Source: Neophaeotheca triangularis (Eukaryota). Taken from it: a DNA stretch of 64,000 nt. The notes beneath the pieces were generated by a model. That model was not told the DNA's origin, made no database searches, and saw nothing but the letters and a program-made list of their open reading frames with translations. The stretch lies in the NCBI GenBank assembly GCA_054600435.1, contig BAAIJX010000021.1, forward strand, positions 62,001-126,000. Reading direction: 5' to 3'. A program made the translations under genes and the position numbers. Below, one piece after another: positions 47,327 through 59,414 of this stretch (position 1 is its first letter; each line of letters starts with the position of its first letter).

Positions 47327-49892
47327 TCAGCTCGTTCCATGCGACGTGCGTGCGTACCCATTGTACAGCTCCAGTAAGTCGTCATCAATAACCACCTCAA
47401 TAGCCTGTACTATGCTGGGTTTTCGTTCCTCGCTGGCGTCTTTTGGTGGGGCGGGCGGGCCCAGTCTGGGGGCCGTATACTCCTCGGTGGGCGTTTTTAT
47501 CTCGTTCTCGCTACTTGAAGATACAGATGAAATGGCAGATCTGTGTGTGGGTTCATGAAGCCCAGTCCTCGGCGGTGGAGGTGTGGGTAAAGGTCGTGAC
47601 GGGGGCTCGCTAGCTGGCTTCGAATGCAATCGGCTTGGTCGACGTTGGGGACCCCCTGGCATAGGGCTGTTGCGGCCGCTGTTGCGATCAGTTCGAGGCG
47701 AGTGAATTGGCGGTGTGAGTGTTTTCGCGGCTGCCGTCCCTTTGGTAGGTTGCTGTTCTCGCTCTTCGCCACCAAGCGACATTGGTGAGTCTGAGCGTGG
47801 AGGGTCCACGACTGCCACCTCTCGCCTGATACTGTGAGCTCGCGCAGGAATATTTGCGGGCTGTCGTTGGTTGTTTTGCAACCTTTCTTTGTGCAGAATG
47901 CTACCAAAACGGCCCAGTTTCCTGCCTGCGGAGTCTGGAGTGGATCGACCGGTTTCTTTCGGTTTCGGAGCCTGGAGGGTCGTCTGCGGCTTCATGCTCT
48001 CAGGAGTAGCAGAATACTGGCCAATGAGCGCATTGATAGCTTCCTCCTTTCGACAATCAAGGGCATTGAGGCGTGCGAAGCATACGTCCATGGCTGAAGT
48101 GATGGCGGCAAGTGAGAGTTGCTGATCAAGCAGCACGTTGACATACTCTGGGCTGGGCCGTTCGTCCTTCAGACTGGCAAGCAGTCCAGTTGATACCTGT
48201 TGCCTCTCGGTACGTAGGTCTTTGTAACGTGCCTGCAAGGCTGCGGACTGCTTGGATAGCTCTTTCAGCGTCTGCGCGGGATTTCCCAGCTTTTCAGCAC
48301 TCAGAGTCTTTCCGACCGATGGCTGTTCAGTGGGAAAAGCAGATGTTGCCTCGGAGCTTGTATCTCTGATGTTATTTGGCTGCCCGCAAAGATCGCCTAT
48401 ATTAGGTGTCGGCGTTCGCTTGTGAACAGCAGTTTTGCAAGCTTCCGAAGTACACGAGTCGTTGATGTGAATGTTCTTGCGTGGAGTGTCATCCGTTGCT
48501 TCTGATTTGGCGTCTCTTGACTGAGATCGGCTAGCAGAACGATTGATTATTAGAGGCTGGGGCATGTCTTCGTCTTTGCGCGTTGGCCGTAACCAGCTAT
48601 CCTTCAAGGGTGGAGGATGTGGAGCTTCGGTCGAATCTTTGCTGTGAGTGAGGAAGCGGCGCTCAGAATGTAGCCTCGAATGCTGGTGGACAATATGTGT
48701 CGAGCCACTGCTAGCGTGACTTGGTCTTCTGTGAACCTCCTGCTTGCGAGCCCCGTCTCCTTCATAGGTTGTAGAGGGCAGGAGCATGTCCTTCGTATTC
48801 TCCCCGCTCATACCATGTTGTAGATGTTGTGATCGGCTAGTGCCACCGGAGCCATTCTCTATCCGATTCGCTACTTCACGAATGCGCGCATCTGTTTTAG
48901 AAGGGAAGTAGGAACCGTCTTCTCCAAGACCCGCCGACGGGATGGAGGGAGCGCTTTGGGGACCAGATGCGTGCTGGAGTTGGTCGAATTTCATGACCTG
49001 TGAAGTAGTCGCCATTGCGTGTGGTGACAATGTAGGTTCCGCGGACACATTTTTGCGATGCTGCTTAGGCGACTTGGGTGGAGGCGGCGGTCTGCTGTCG
49101 CGAACTTTGATGCTAAGATTCGGCTTTGCGCGCTTGCTGAACGTTCTTTGAACAGGGGGAGAGGGCTCCTCGAACGTTAAACCGAGGCCATTGATGATTG
49201 ACGTAAGGTCTCCAGTGTATGTGTCGTCGAGAGGAGAAGAGGGGGATACGGTTGGTAATGTGGGAGTCCATCCCTTGTTGGTGTCGACGCGTCCGTATTG
49301 ACCCGGAGCACTACTCGATCGATTGTGGCCACTCTCTTCGGGCAGACGAGGCGAAAAGAAGATTGGGCCTGGCACCGTGGCTTGATTGTTTGTCAGTCGA
49401 TCTGCTTTCAATCGGAGCTTCCATTGAAACACTCACGAGAGTCTATTGCGGTTTCCCGCACGGTAGACATTGGCTTTAGAAGGGGAAAGGCGACCTGTCG
49501 GCCACGCCTGGACGCTATCATTCTGTGGGAAGGGTCCGAAGGCGGGCTCTTCAGGTCGTCGAGTGATTGAGAACGACGTCGCTCGTATTCGGCTCTGCTC
49601 GAAGCTGCACTTTGCGGACGAGCGTCATGCGAAGTATTGGGAGTTGACTGTTCACCACCAGGGAAAAGACGATAGATTCCCCCTCTCCCACTACGACTTG
49701 ACGATCTTGATGGCGGCTACGCAAGAAGGGTCAGTGAAAGTTCATATCTTCCGTCTGGCTTGCCCTGTTGGGCATGGCTACCAGATTGCCGGCGTAGGAC
49801 AAATCGCTTACCCTCGCTGAAGGAGCATAGATCGAGTTTTGGAGAGAGTCGTTGGCCTGATTGGGGCCACTGGGGAGGGTGTCTTGACGCAT
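47327..49892 (-). CDS. Large Ser/Pro/Arg-rich hypothetical protein with central coiled coil
   Basis: Roughly 700-codon open exon. Upstream exons via introns 49717..49811 and 49381..49436 give the continuous frame ...MSTVRETAIDSPTVPG...; heptad-like LKELSKQSAALQARYKDLRTERQQVS. Confidence 0.75.
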
Positions 49893-52800
49893 GCTATGGG
49901 TTCCCCGGCTCTACTTGCGAAATCATATAGTATACATCACAAAAGAGAGAGGGAGTCGCAGAGGTTCTCAAAAGTACAGGCACAGGCTTAGAGCCGCTAT
50001 ACATACGGCACGCCTGCGGGACCTGGTCGATGCAGCAGATCAACGTAACTTACAAGGGACGGCGGAACCTGCCTGCATGGTATCATGTTCGGCTTCTAGG
50101 CGATCGCGCCCACTGCACCTAGCCTGAGACGAATCTGGCATTGCGACCTTGCGGACACATGGGGGACAAGGGTGACTGCTGTAGCCCCGAGACGGCGGAC
50201 CCGCAGGATAAGGAGGTGCAGACGAGGATCTGCGAGCCTTGTGCGAACACCTGCAGAGGCAGCGATGGGGTGCAGGGGCGAGCGTGGGCGAGGCACAAGG
50301 CACGAGGCACCGAGGAGTGTATGATGGATGCGTCCGGAATGCGCAATGTGGAGCCAGCTCGACCGTTTGCGATACCTCGTGCTGGGCTCGAGTCGTGAGG
50401 CTCCATGGCGTGTTTCAGGGGCTCCGGCGTGCCGGACGGTGTCAGAAAGCGCAGGGCAGGGTTCATAACCGACCTCTAGCCGACGTCGGGCCAAGGTGTT
50501 GATGGTGTTTTGTGTCTTTCCAAAAGATGCTTCTGCTTGAGGAAGAAAGAAGAGAACGAAAAAATCTGCAGAGCCTGGAATGTCCACCATATACTGCGGC
50601 CACTTCAATGTTGACAGTGGTGTTGTTGTTATAGTGAAGAAGAATTCGAGGCAACACTACTGACTAACTCAGCCAATGTCTACCTACCTATACTAACTAC
50701 CTAGGTAGAGAGAGGTATACCTAGGTACCTAGATAGACCACCTGCATAGACCACAATAATTCACAAGAAAATAATAAGATCATGACCAGAAGGCGAAACG
50801 TGCCCCAACGCCTCGCACCGTCCCACGACGGACTACCTTCCTACTAGTACTATAGAATAACACCTACGCTCCCTCCACACGCGAGCACCAGTACGCGAGC
50901 ATGCAACCTTCCAATAAGCAAGCACAAAAAGAAAAGCGTCTCCGAAAAGTCTCCCCCCCAAACCTCAACGTTCTGGAATGACTCGCCGCGTAAGGCGTAA
51001 ACATGACCACTGTCGCAACTACTGGTAAGTAGCTAGGTAGGTAAGATACTCTCGCCAACATCCCTCCCACCGAGTCTGAGAGTCTCACACCAGCCAGGGG
51101 CAGTCATCGCCTGTCAAGATGGCGACGGCGCAAACCTTGAGCGTCGAAACGGCCTCTTCGCCTTGGATACTTGTAACATGCGACATGTAACCGTAGCGTA
51201 TATTCGTAGCGTATATAATACTTGGTAAGGGTGTTCCGTCTTTCGTCTTCGTCGTCGCCGCCGCCGCCATCGCCTCGCTTTGCTTGCCTTGGCCTGTGAC
51301 CGTTTTGACTTATTATGAGCCGTCGGCCGCTAGAGCTAGGTAGACTGGAGGTATGTACATAGTAGGGAGGACGTCTGTGATTTTGTGTATCCTGATCGCC
51401 TCGGATGTACCATGTAAGCTCGAGCTTCTCGCCGTAAGAGGTAGTAGTAGGAGTAGTACTAGTGATACTGCCAGCATCGATCAAGTCAAATGCATCAAGT
51501 CAAATGCACGGGTGCATACTAGTATGTGTCCAAGTAGGTAGGTGCAGGTCGACATGTCGCGGTTATATTACTTCTTCTTGGCCGAAAGCTCGACTTGTCT
51601 CGGAGAAGGAGACGGAAGCACGGGTTCAATTAATATTGTATCGGCCGGCTATTGCTATTGCTATTGTTGTAGGTACTTGTTAATAGACCTGACGGTAGTT
51701 GTCCTCTACACTACTGCCCAGGTGCCTACAGTCTTTTATTCTTTTGGCTGCCAGCCTGTAAAACTGAGAGGAGGCATCGAGATTCCGAGGATCCAACAGC
51801 TCCTCAACCCTCTTAGCTCTCTTCCTTATAATGCAGCTACATTACACACACATTTGCTCTTAGCGAGGTCGACTGCACTATTTTCCCTACCTATTACTTC
51901 TAGAGTCTACCCGCTCTACTAGTGCGGCGAGAAGCTATGCATGAGCGTTGAGCGAGCGAGCGTGGCTGTGGTGCTATCGTGCTAGTTGGAAAGACCATAA
52001 TTGCCGAGTCGGTAGGGTTGCCACGGGGTTGGTCTCTGCTACTACTACTGGCACTACTACTGTCCTCGGTACTGCTAGTCACGGCTCGCATGGGGGAACT
52101 TGGTCAACAGTTGGTTGGCATCGCGTGGCATTTCAGTGGGGGGGAAAAAAGGTGTGGTTGGACCCATTCCAGTGGTCTGCCGAGATACTTGTCTGTGATG
52201 TTCATATTTGTACACAGGCAGATACGAGAATCGTCAGGGCAGGGCATGTGGTTGTAGGTGGTGTTGGGCGTTGTGCAAGTATCGCTATTCGCTACCTCTG
52301 GACGTAAACCGCCAGTCCCTTCGGGAGGCCGACCACATGGACCACGCCAGCCTGCTGCGGCCTGTGGATACCGAGAAGGGCTCGGCGAACCGGTTCGCAA
52401 TGACTATCTGAATTTCACGATTGTTCTCAGAGCGTCCAACTCTAGGCCGTCAATCGACAATGCTTGCGTGATCTTCAACCGACCGGCCGCTCCGTGACAT
52501 AGAAGCTTTCGCCGTCCAGAAGCAATGAGGTCTTTCGGGTCGAGACGACCGCCAGGTGCAGACTGCTGCTTTCGCCGAAAGCTGAAGAGTATCTCCCTAG
52601 CTCTAGCAGCGACGCGGCCCATACGAGCAGGAAGGTGAATCTAGCAAAGCAGTCGCTCCATAAGACTGTGCCGGACCTACTGTACTCGGTGCAGCGAGAG
52701 CAAGAAGTTTGAATCGCCGTATGATAAGATTCCAGGCAGTGGAAACGGCAAGACCTTGGGAGGCGTTCGCTGCCCTGTGGCGACCGCACTGTCATTTCCA

Positions 52801-53318
52801 GCTTACCTACCTCTTGCCCACCTTCCTTGATGCCTCGCCCATCGCAACGACCTCGCGCGCTACAATTGTCATGTCAAAGCCGCGAGGGTTCTTATTGTTT
52901 CCCTCGTTGGGGCACTCGTTTGGCGTGAATATAGCTTGTAGACAGATAGATAACATGAGGCCCATTCCCTTTGCCCGCACATTGTCCCAGCATTCCCAAC
53001 GCCTTCAAAACACCTTCCTCGTAATCCAAGTTTGGTTAATAGTGAGGGAACAACCTTCCGTTTCCTGAATGCGTTCGAGCCAGCTCTCGATAAGACGGGG
53101 GTGGGGAAAGTATTTTACTCGCTGCAAAGGTTACTAGTATCAGCCCGTGCTCTCGTAGTGTGTTGACGGTTCTTCATGCACTATGCCAAAATATGTTAAA
53201 CAAGTTCAGTTTTCTCTTGGCTTCATGGTTGCAGTGGCATGCTGACCGGTCGAAAGAGGGTAGGGGCAAGGTCTAGGGCGTGTGACAAGGCTCCAGGGAG
53301 AGGGCGGTGATATGTGAC

Positions 53319-53937
53319 TTACAAGAGTGACAGCGTCAGGTCGCCGCGTATGCTCGCTTTGAGCTCAATCTCTATGTCCAGGTTCGCCTCAAGAGACAGC
53401 TTTAGCCCGTCATTGTCCTTTAATTCACTCTGTCGAAAGTCACACGGATCAGCCAAAGTCCTCACGCAATATTCGCAATGCGCGCATCATAGGCCGCGAC
53501 ATGGCGACAAAACTCACCCCTGCGCCGGCGTCTTTCTCGGGCTTCAGATAGTACTCCTGCCCCGGATGTGTACCTCTGACGGGGATTTCGCCCCTCTTCG
53601 CTCTAGCCATGGTCACGGGACCGTCCATACTCGTGCTATCGGGACCGATACGCTCAAACGGCTGCATTGCCTTGCCCTCTTGGTTGGCGTCGGCTTCCTC
53701 GAGAGCCTCGAGCGGCGCCGTCTTCATGACCTTGTTATCTTGCTGGGACTGCTTGACTCGTTTCCTTCTGTCGCGGCGAGAACTGGATCGCGAGCGGTTC
53801 GTCTCTTCGCCATTCTCGCGCCGTATTTGCTGGATGGTGTTTTGTTGCTTGTTCTTCTGCTCGACGGTGCGCTGGGAGATGGGTTGGCCATTGTCGTCGA
53901 AATATTGAGGCTGTTCGGCCAGAGATTGGGACGACAT
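53319..53937 (-). CDS. Hydrophilic hypothetical protein with C-terminal LxLxLxxNLDIEIxLKAxIxGDLTL motif (paralog 1)
   Basis: Exon 53518..53937; intron 53430..53517 (GTGAGT...CAG); exon 2 SELKDNDGLKLSLEANLDIEIELKASIRGDLTLSLL ending at an in-frame TAA that overlaps a GTAAGT, so a tiny last exon is possible. Confidence 0.8.
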
Positions 53938-54972
53938 GATTGCGGCAACGTCCTGGGATTAGGAGGATGGCGGTAGTACAGGATCGATGATGGATTGGTC
54001 GACTTGGATGTTCAAACTCGGCGGGACGTAAAGATGGATTTCGAAACGGATTTACAGTATAGTTGGGTTGGTCGGGATAATGTTGGTGCTGCCCTTGGAG
54101 GCGTGATGATGGAGGTGAATGGCTGAGGTAGTACCTACTAGAGGTACCCAGTAGGTACCTAGCAAGACCAGACAGGATGTGCCAAGGTCACGATTCACGA
54201 AACAGCTCCGAGCCCCACGCAAACCTGCTTTGGCGCCGCCTGCAGGCCCAAGCTCCTCCATCCTCTCCGCCACGCCACGCCTCCATCGCCGTCTCCTTCC
54301 ACGACCTCCCAGCTATGGTATGTACCTTCCATTACCTCAGGCATGAGAGACGGTCATTGATCACGGCCATGTCCCAAATCAATCGTCGAGGTCGTCGCCG
54401 AGCGAGCCGGAACGCGTCCCTTTTGGCAATTGACTCAAAGCCAGCGCAGTCTAGAGCAGCAACCAACCGTCCATCTTCCTAACCTGGAATCTTCAAAGCT
54501 GAGGTTCCATCGCCGCACCGCCACACCTTTGACATCACTCGTTCCACTCGATGCAGCTCCTTCCCTGTTCTGGCCTCGACAAGCTTCCTCATCGGGAGTA
54601 GGCTTTGCTCAAAACTACCAATCTTGGAAAACTCTCCGTGGCCAGCGGGGATCCGTCACCTGACATGTCCTCTCCTCTCCTCTTCCGTCCATCTGAATCG
54701 AGCGTGATCGTGGAGCAATTCCAATGACATGGACCATGGCAAGGCAGCGACTCTGAGCACCAAAGCACCTAGCCATGATGCGAGACTGCAATCAACAATG
54801 TAGGGATTATATCTACGCTATTAAGCAATCGTCTGGAAACCTCAAAAGAGATATATATCATACGTAGCAACACCCAGAGCAGACCAAGCATATCCAATTA
54901 CATAGTAAACACCTCATCCAACAGGTCCTCCTCCAACAACATTCAAACTCTTCCATTATCCTCCTCGCAACT

Positions 54973-55752
54973 CTAGTTGAGCAGACCGAGCGTAAGGTCA
55001 CCGTGAATCTTTGCCTTGAGCTGGATCTCAATGTCCAAGTTCAGCTCCAGCCTCAGTCGGAGCTGCTCACCGCCGCCCTCCTCACCCTCATCCTGACCGC
55101 CCTTCTGAGCCTGCTGGCCGCCGCCACCAGTCAGTCCACCCAGGGCCTTGCCGGCAGTGTCTCCCACTTGGTCAACGGCCTGACCAGCGGTGTTCTGCAC
55201 CATATCTCCCGCCTGGCCGACCATTTCGCCGCCGGGGACATTCTCGGTAATGTCCTCCAGTGGGCCACCGCCACCCTGCTTCCCGCCCTGCTGGCCCTGC
55301 TGCTTCTTCTGCCTCTGGCGCTGGCGTCGGCCGCCCGTTGCGCTTTGGTCGGAGCGAGCAACCGACTCGGTATCGCTGGCCTCGGCCGTGGCACCGCCGC
55401 CGCGACGGCCACGACCACGGCTCTGTCTGCGGCGCGATTGCTGCCGCGACTGCGACTCCTTCTGCATCTGCGGCTCCTCATCGTCGGCCTCGGCGCCGTT
55501 TGCGTTTGCATTTGCGCCGGCGCCGGCTTCGGCTCCCGCTTCAGCGTCGCCTTCGCCCTCGTCCTGGGTCTGGTCGGGAGTCGCCTGCTGTTGCTGCTGT
55601 TGCTGTTGTGGCTGCTTGCGTCCTCCGAGCTTCTTGGGCGTCTTCTTCTCAGTCTTTTGCGCGGATGCTTGCGCGCCGCCAGAGGCATTGGCGTTCATGC
55701 CAGCGCCGCCCTCGGCGTTCATGGAGGCGGATTGCTCTGTTTGTTCAGACAT
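54973..55752 (-). CDS. Gln/Gly-rich hydrophilic protein with the same C-terminal motif (paralog 2)
   Basis: 259-aa GC-rich ORF ending LRLRLELNLDIEIQLKAKIHGDLTLGLLN; TATAT-like box near 55856..55861. Confidence 0.85.
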   Translation of the reverse strand: MSEQTEQSASMNAEGGAGMNANASGGAQASAQKTEKKTPKKLGGRKQPQQQQQQQQATPDQTQDEGEGDAEAGAEAGAGANANANGAEADDEEPQMQKESQSRQQSRRRQSRGRGRRGGGATAEASDTESVARSDQSATGGRRQRQRQKKQQGQQGGKQGGGGPLEDITENVPGGEMVGQAGDMVQNTAGQAVDQVGDTAGKALGGLTGGGGQQAQKGGQDEGEEGGGEQLRLRLELNLDIEIQLKAKIHGDLTLGLLN

Positions 55753-56461
55753 GGCGGCGGCTTTTTTCGTACTGAGTTGCTATCGAGCGGTTGTTGTGGT
55801 GTGGGAAGGATGATGATGCCCTCTTTTGTTCGTTTCGCGTGAGATTGAAACACAGATATAAAGTCAAAAGAAACACGCAGGCCTTCTAGAGCGATGAGTT
55901 CTTGGTCGACCGGGGAAGCCAAACCTGTTTCACGGCGCGCTGGCTGTGTTGGCCAGACGAAAGCTCGAGAGCTCCGCTGACGCAACGCCTGCCGAGGGTG
56001 CAAGCCCGCACCAAGCCTTTCATCAGCCACACCTCCTCCACTGCGCAACGCAACGTCTTTCAAGTCTCCGGCGCTACGCGGCTGTCGGCTAGCATTGCTT
56101 TCATTATTGTTATTATCACTGCCACCGCTGACCAGCCTCCGGTCTTCCATTCTTCTAACATCACGTGTCTATCGTCAGTGGTCACCTAGTCATGACAACC
56201 TGGAAGTCCTGGCCCCAGGTGCACGAAGCTCGACACCTGTGTACCAGCCTTGCACGACGAATGTGACAGACTGCGACGAGGGTGAAACGTCGACGACAAG
56301 ACCAAGCGCGAGTCAACACGATGACAGTCTGGTGACCAGACATCCGTCGCCCCGCCCCACTGGTGAATGAGCAATTCAGTCGTTGACCACACAATGACTT
56401 CCTAGCACCGTAGTAGTGGCCATCAATATGTGTACCCGCAACAGCACTGTCGATCAGCAGG

Positions 56462-58174
56462 CTACTCCCTCACCACCTCCGTAAGCTTCACAGCCAATTC
56501 CGGCTTCTTCCAAAGCGTCTCGACCCTGCAATCCGCCATCCACGTCGCGCTCTGCGCCATCAACTCCCAGTCAAAACTCCACACCATCTTCGCCAGAATC
56601 AGTCTCATCTCTGCATAGGCCAAGTTCTTACCCAGGCACGCTCTCGGCCCGAAGCTAAAGGCTTTTGCGCTACTTCTCTTGTCGTCGGCGTATCGAGCGT
56701 CACCCAGCCAGCGTTCGGGCACGAAAGCCTCGGGGTCCTTGAAGTTGCCTTCGCTGTGCCCGACGGCGAGCGAGGAGACGTAGACGGATGTTTGCTCGGG
56801 GACGTAGTGCCCGCTGATGACAGCGCCTCCGGGCGGGACCACACGAGCCAAGCCCGTCGGAATTGGAGGAAAGTACCTGAGGCCCTCGGCGAGGACGGCT
56901 ACAAGGTAGGGCGCCCTATTTACTTGCTCCAGCTTGATCTCATTATATGTCTTCCAGCGACCACGTATATCATCCTGCAGCTTTCGAAGCACGTTTGGGT
57001 TTTTGAGGAGAAGATAGGTGACGCCGCTGAGAAGGGTGGCAGTCGTCTCGCTGCCGGCTGTAAGCAGGGTGGATGAGTTGCTGTCGATCTCTTCCGAGCT
57101 CATGTTGTTGGACCCATCGTTATTATGGGCCTGGATGTAGGTGATGAAGTCAGGGCGCTGGGTCTCCATTGCCTGACGATTCCGCGATTGTCGGTACACC
57201 CATTTCAAGTACTCCAGCCGGCCTTGCACGATGGTGGGGTCGACAACGTACTTGGTAAGTCTTTTGAACATCGGATAGTATTTCATCAGGTAGTGGACTC
57301 TAGTGAATGAGAACGGTTTGAACAAGAGCTCGATGTAAGGGTGAGTTTGAGTGTCTTCGAGGCAGCCGAATGGTTGTCCAAAGAGTAAGTCCGCCGTTAT
57401 GTCGAACTGAATAATGTCAGAATAAATGCAAGTCTACCTAGTTGGGTTCATCAGTACTTACTGTCGTCCAATTATACCATTTCACAAGATCTACCGAAGC
57501 GTCGGAGGTAGAGAGAGTCTCCTTGAGTCGTAAGATTAGCAGATCGACGTAGCCCTGCAGCAGCACCTCTTGCTCAGCCAACACCTTCTCACTGAAAGCG
57601 TGAGAGAGCAGCTTCCTCTGCCGCTGATGGGTCTGTTGGTCGGAGTTGAGGATATGGTCGGCCTGTTCGGGTGCTTCGCGTACCAAGCGGGGTCCTTGGA
57701 CATCTCTGCCTGCCCTTTGTGCTTGCCAGTGCGAAACCCGTAGATATCTTGCCATGCGGTGTCCCCAGAGCTAAACGAGATTTCATTCGGGCTTATGCGA
57801 ACGACCTGTCCGTATTTCTGGTGCAGCGCTTTCACATTCTCGCCGGTGGTTCCTAAGATTAGATGGCGGATGTATGGAATTCTGCTAAGAGCGTTGATCT
57901 TTGGTCCGGGGATGTGATGCAATGGGTGAACGCAGATGCAATGTACGACATGGCTCGTGACGTACAATGTGAGCTGCGAAGTGTTAGCCTTTTATCTGCT
58001 CCCGTATATTTCTTCATTCGTGCATCGCCCGATCAGCGCAATAGTGCAGCCTCACTGAAAGATGCAGAGGGCTTCAGATGCAGAGAGGGGGCTTCGGATA
58101 CTCACCAGTGCCGTCAGAATTCCTATAAGCGCAACCGACTGGTTGCGCACCGGCTCGATGTCGAAAATGTCCAT
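56462..58174 (-). pseudogene. Cytochrome P450 (CYP65/TRI11-like), with an apparent frameshift near 57665
   Basis: AGSETTAT, EGLR, PERW and FSFGPRACLG motifs; introns 57974..58105 and 57407..57461. The coding frame switches between [11 protein letters not shown] and ADHILNSD with no usable intron. Confidence 0.8.
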
Positions 58175-58608
58175 TCTTGCTGATGCACGTGTGAACGTAA
58201 AAACCATGACTGCGATTCGAGGCGGTAGATTTCTTCTTTATAGGTAGCTCAGGACGAAGCTTACGATACCCTGGAGGTAAGCTGCGGGCCTCTCTGTCAT
58301 CCTTCGACAAGATTATCGGGTTGCAAGGATGGTCTCACGGTAGCTTTTGGACTGTACTGCTGGCTTTTCGAGCGCCGAAGACGGTAAAAAGAATGCGGCC
58401 TGGTCGCATGCTCACATACTTCAGCTGGTATTGCTGTCATCTGCATAGTTGTGCTGATTGTAGCTCTACCTTCGCATTCGCTGCGAGCAGGCGTCAGCAG
58501 CAGCTGCATGTGGCGAAGTTTAATTGTCCGTAAGAGCTGTTGCGCTCTTCGATCTCAGAGCGTTTAGAAACGATTCTCTCCGACCAGCAGATCCCGCAAG
58601 GTACGTCT

Positions 58609-59049
58609 TTACGAGATGGCAGTCCCAACGGGCTCGGGTCGATGCGCAAAGAGCAACTTGTAGTGAACAATTTCGACGACTTCCAGATCGCTCGTCTCAG
58701 AAGCGCCATTGCCGCTCCTTTTCTGTATTAAAGCGAGAGGTTTAACCAGCTTCTTGACTTCGCCAGTCATGCGTTGGTGCTTGCCGATGTAAAGGTGCAC
58801 TCGCTTATGCCAGGTGGTGTCTTCGGGAGGATTGTTCGCATTGTAGAGTGGAAAGGCTAGCCTGCCAACGGGTGAGACTTTTGACTCCTGATCGAACTCG
58901 CCGTCTGCTGCGTTCGGCGCGGGTGCATTCAGAGTTCCCTGTATTTCGAGTACGGCGAGGCCTGATGGAGTTTGAAGCAACTGGGGCAGTGGATTTGCGT
59001 CCATGGCCGCACGATTCTCTGATGGACCGTGGAGTTTAACCGAAGGCAT
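58609..59049 (-). CDS. CTF8: Chromosome transmission fidelity protein 8 (Ctf18-RFC subunit)
   Basis: LAVLEIQGT, VGRL, LYIGKHQRMTGEVKKLVKPLA, YKLLFAHRPEP. Confidence 0.9.
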   Translation of the reverse strand: MPSVKLHGPSENRAAMDANPLPQLLQTPSGLAVLEIQGTLNAPAPNAADGEFDQESKVSPVGRLAFPLYNANNPPEDTTWHKRVHLYIGKHQRMTGEVKKLVKPLALIQKRSGNGASETSDLEVVEIVHYKLLFAHRPEPVGTAIS

Positions 59050-59414
59050 TGTCGTGATTTTCTCACTCAATTTGCGCAAGTGCGTGTATGCTAGCAGCCC
59101 GAAAGGTACTGAATTGGCACTGGACTGACCCTTGGTGTTTCAAGGTTGATTCCAGGTTATTGGGAAGATTGAGCGGCCAGGCATAGGTACGTCGAATATC
59201 GCAACGCGCTTTCTTTGCCACGATATATAGAGGGTCAGGGTTTGGGTTGCTACGTGCACATCACTCCAAGGAGCAACGATGCGTGTGCAAAGTTAATGGT
59301 TTCTTCTATATGTTGCTTGATACTAACATACGACGGGAAAAAAAAAAAAGACCGAGTTCAATATCATTACATACAGCTTGCCTTCTATCCAGCGCCCAGA
59401 AGGTCCGCTCCTAC

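Noticed and set aside
49893..53318. Short ORFs in the 3.4-kb intergenic region, including a Cys-rich one at 50141..50398
   Set aside because: No domain, splice model or codon bias; no tRNA or other structured RNA recognised.
55003..55842. Long plus-strand ORFs antisense to real genes (also over RFC1, TRP5, BYS1-like, sulfatase)
   Set aside because: Shadow ORFs produced by GC-rich codon bias on the coding strand.
1626..59049. RFC1 and CTF8 (alternative clamp loader) in the same window
   Set aside because: About 54 kb and 20 unrelated genes apart, and they belong to different RFC complexes; likely coincidence.
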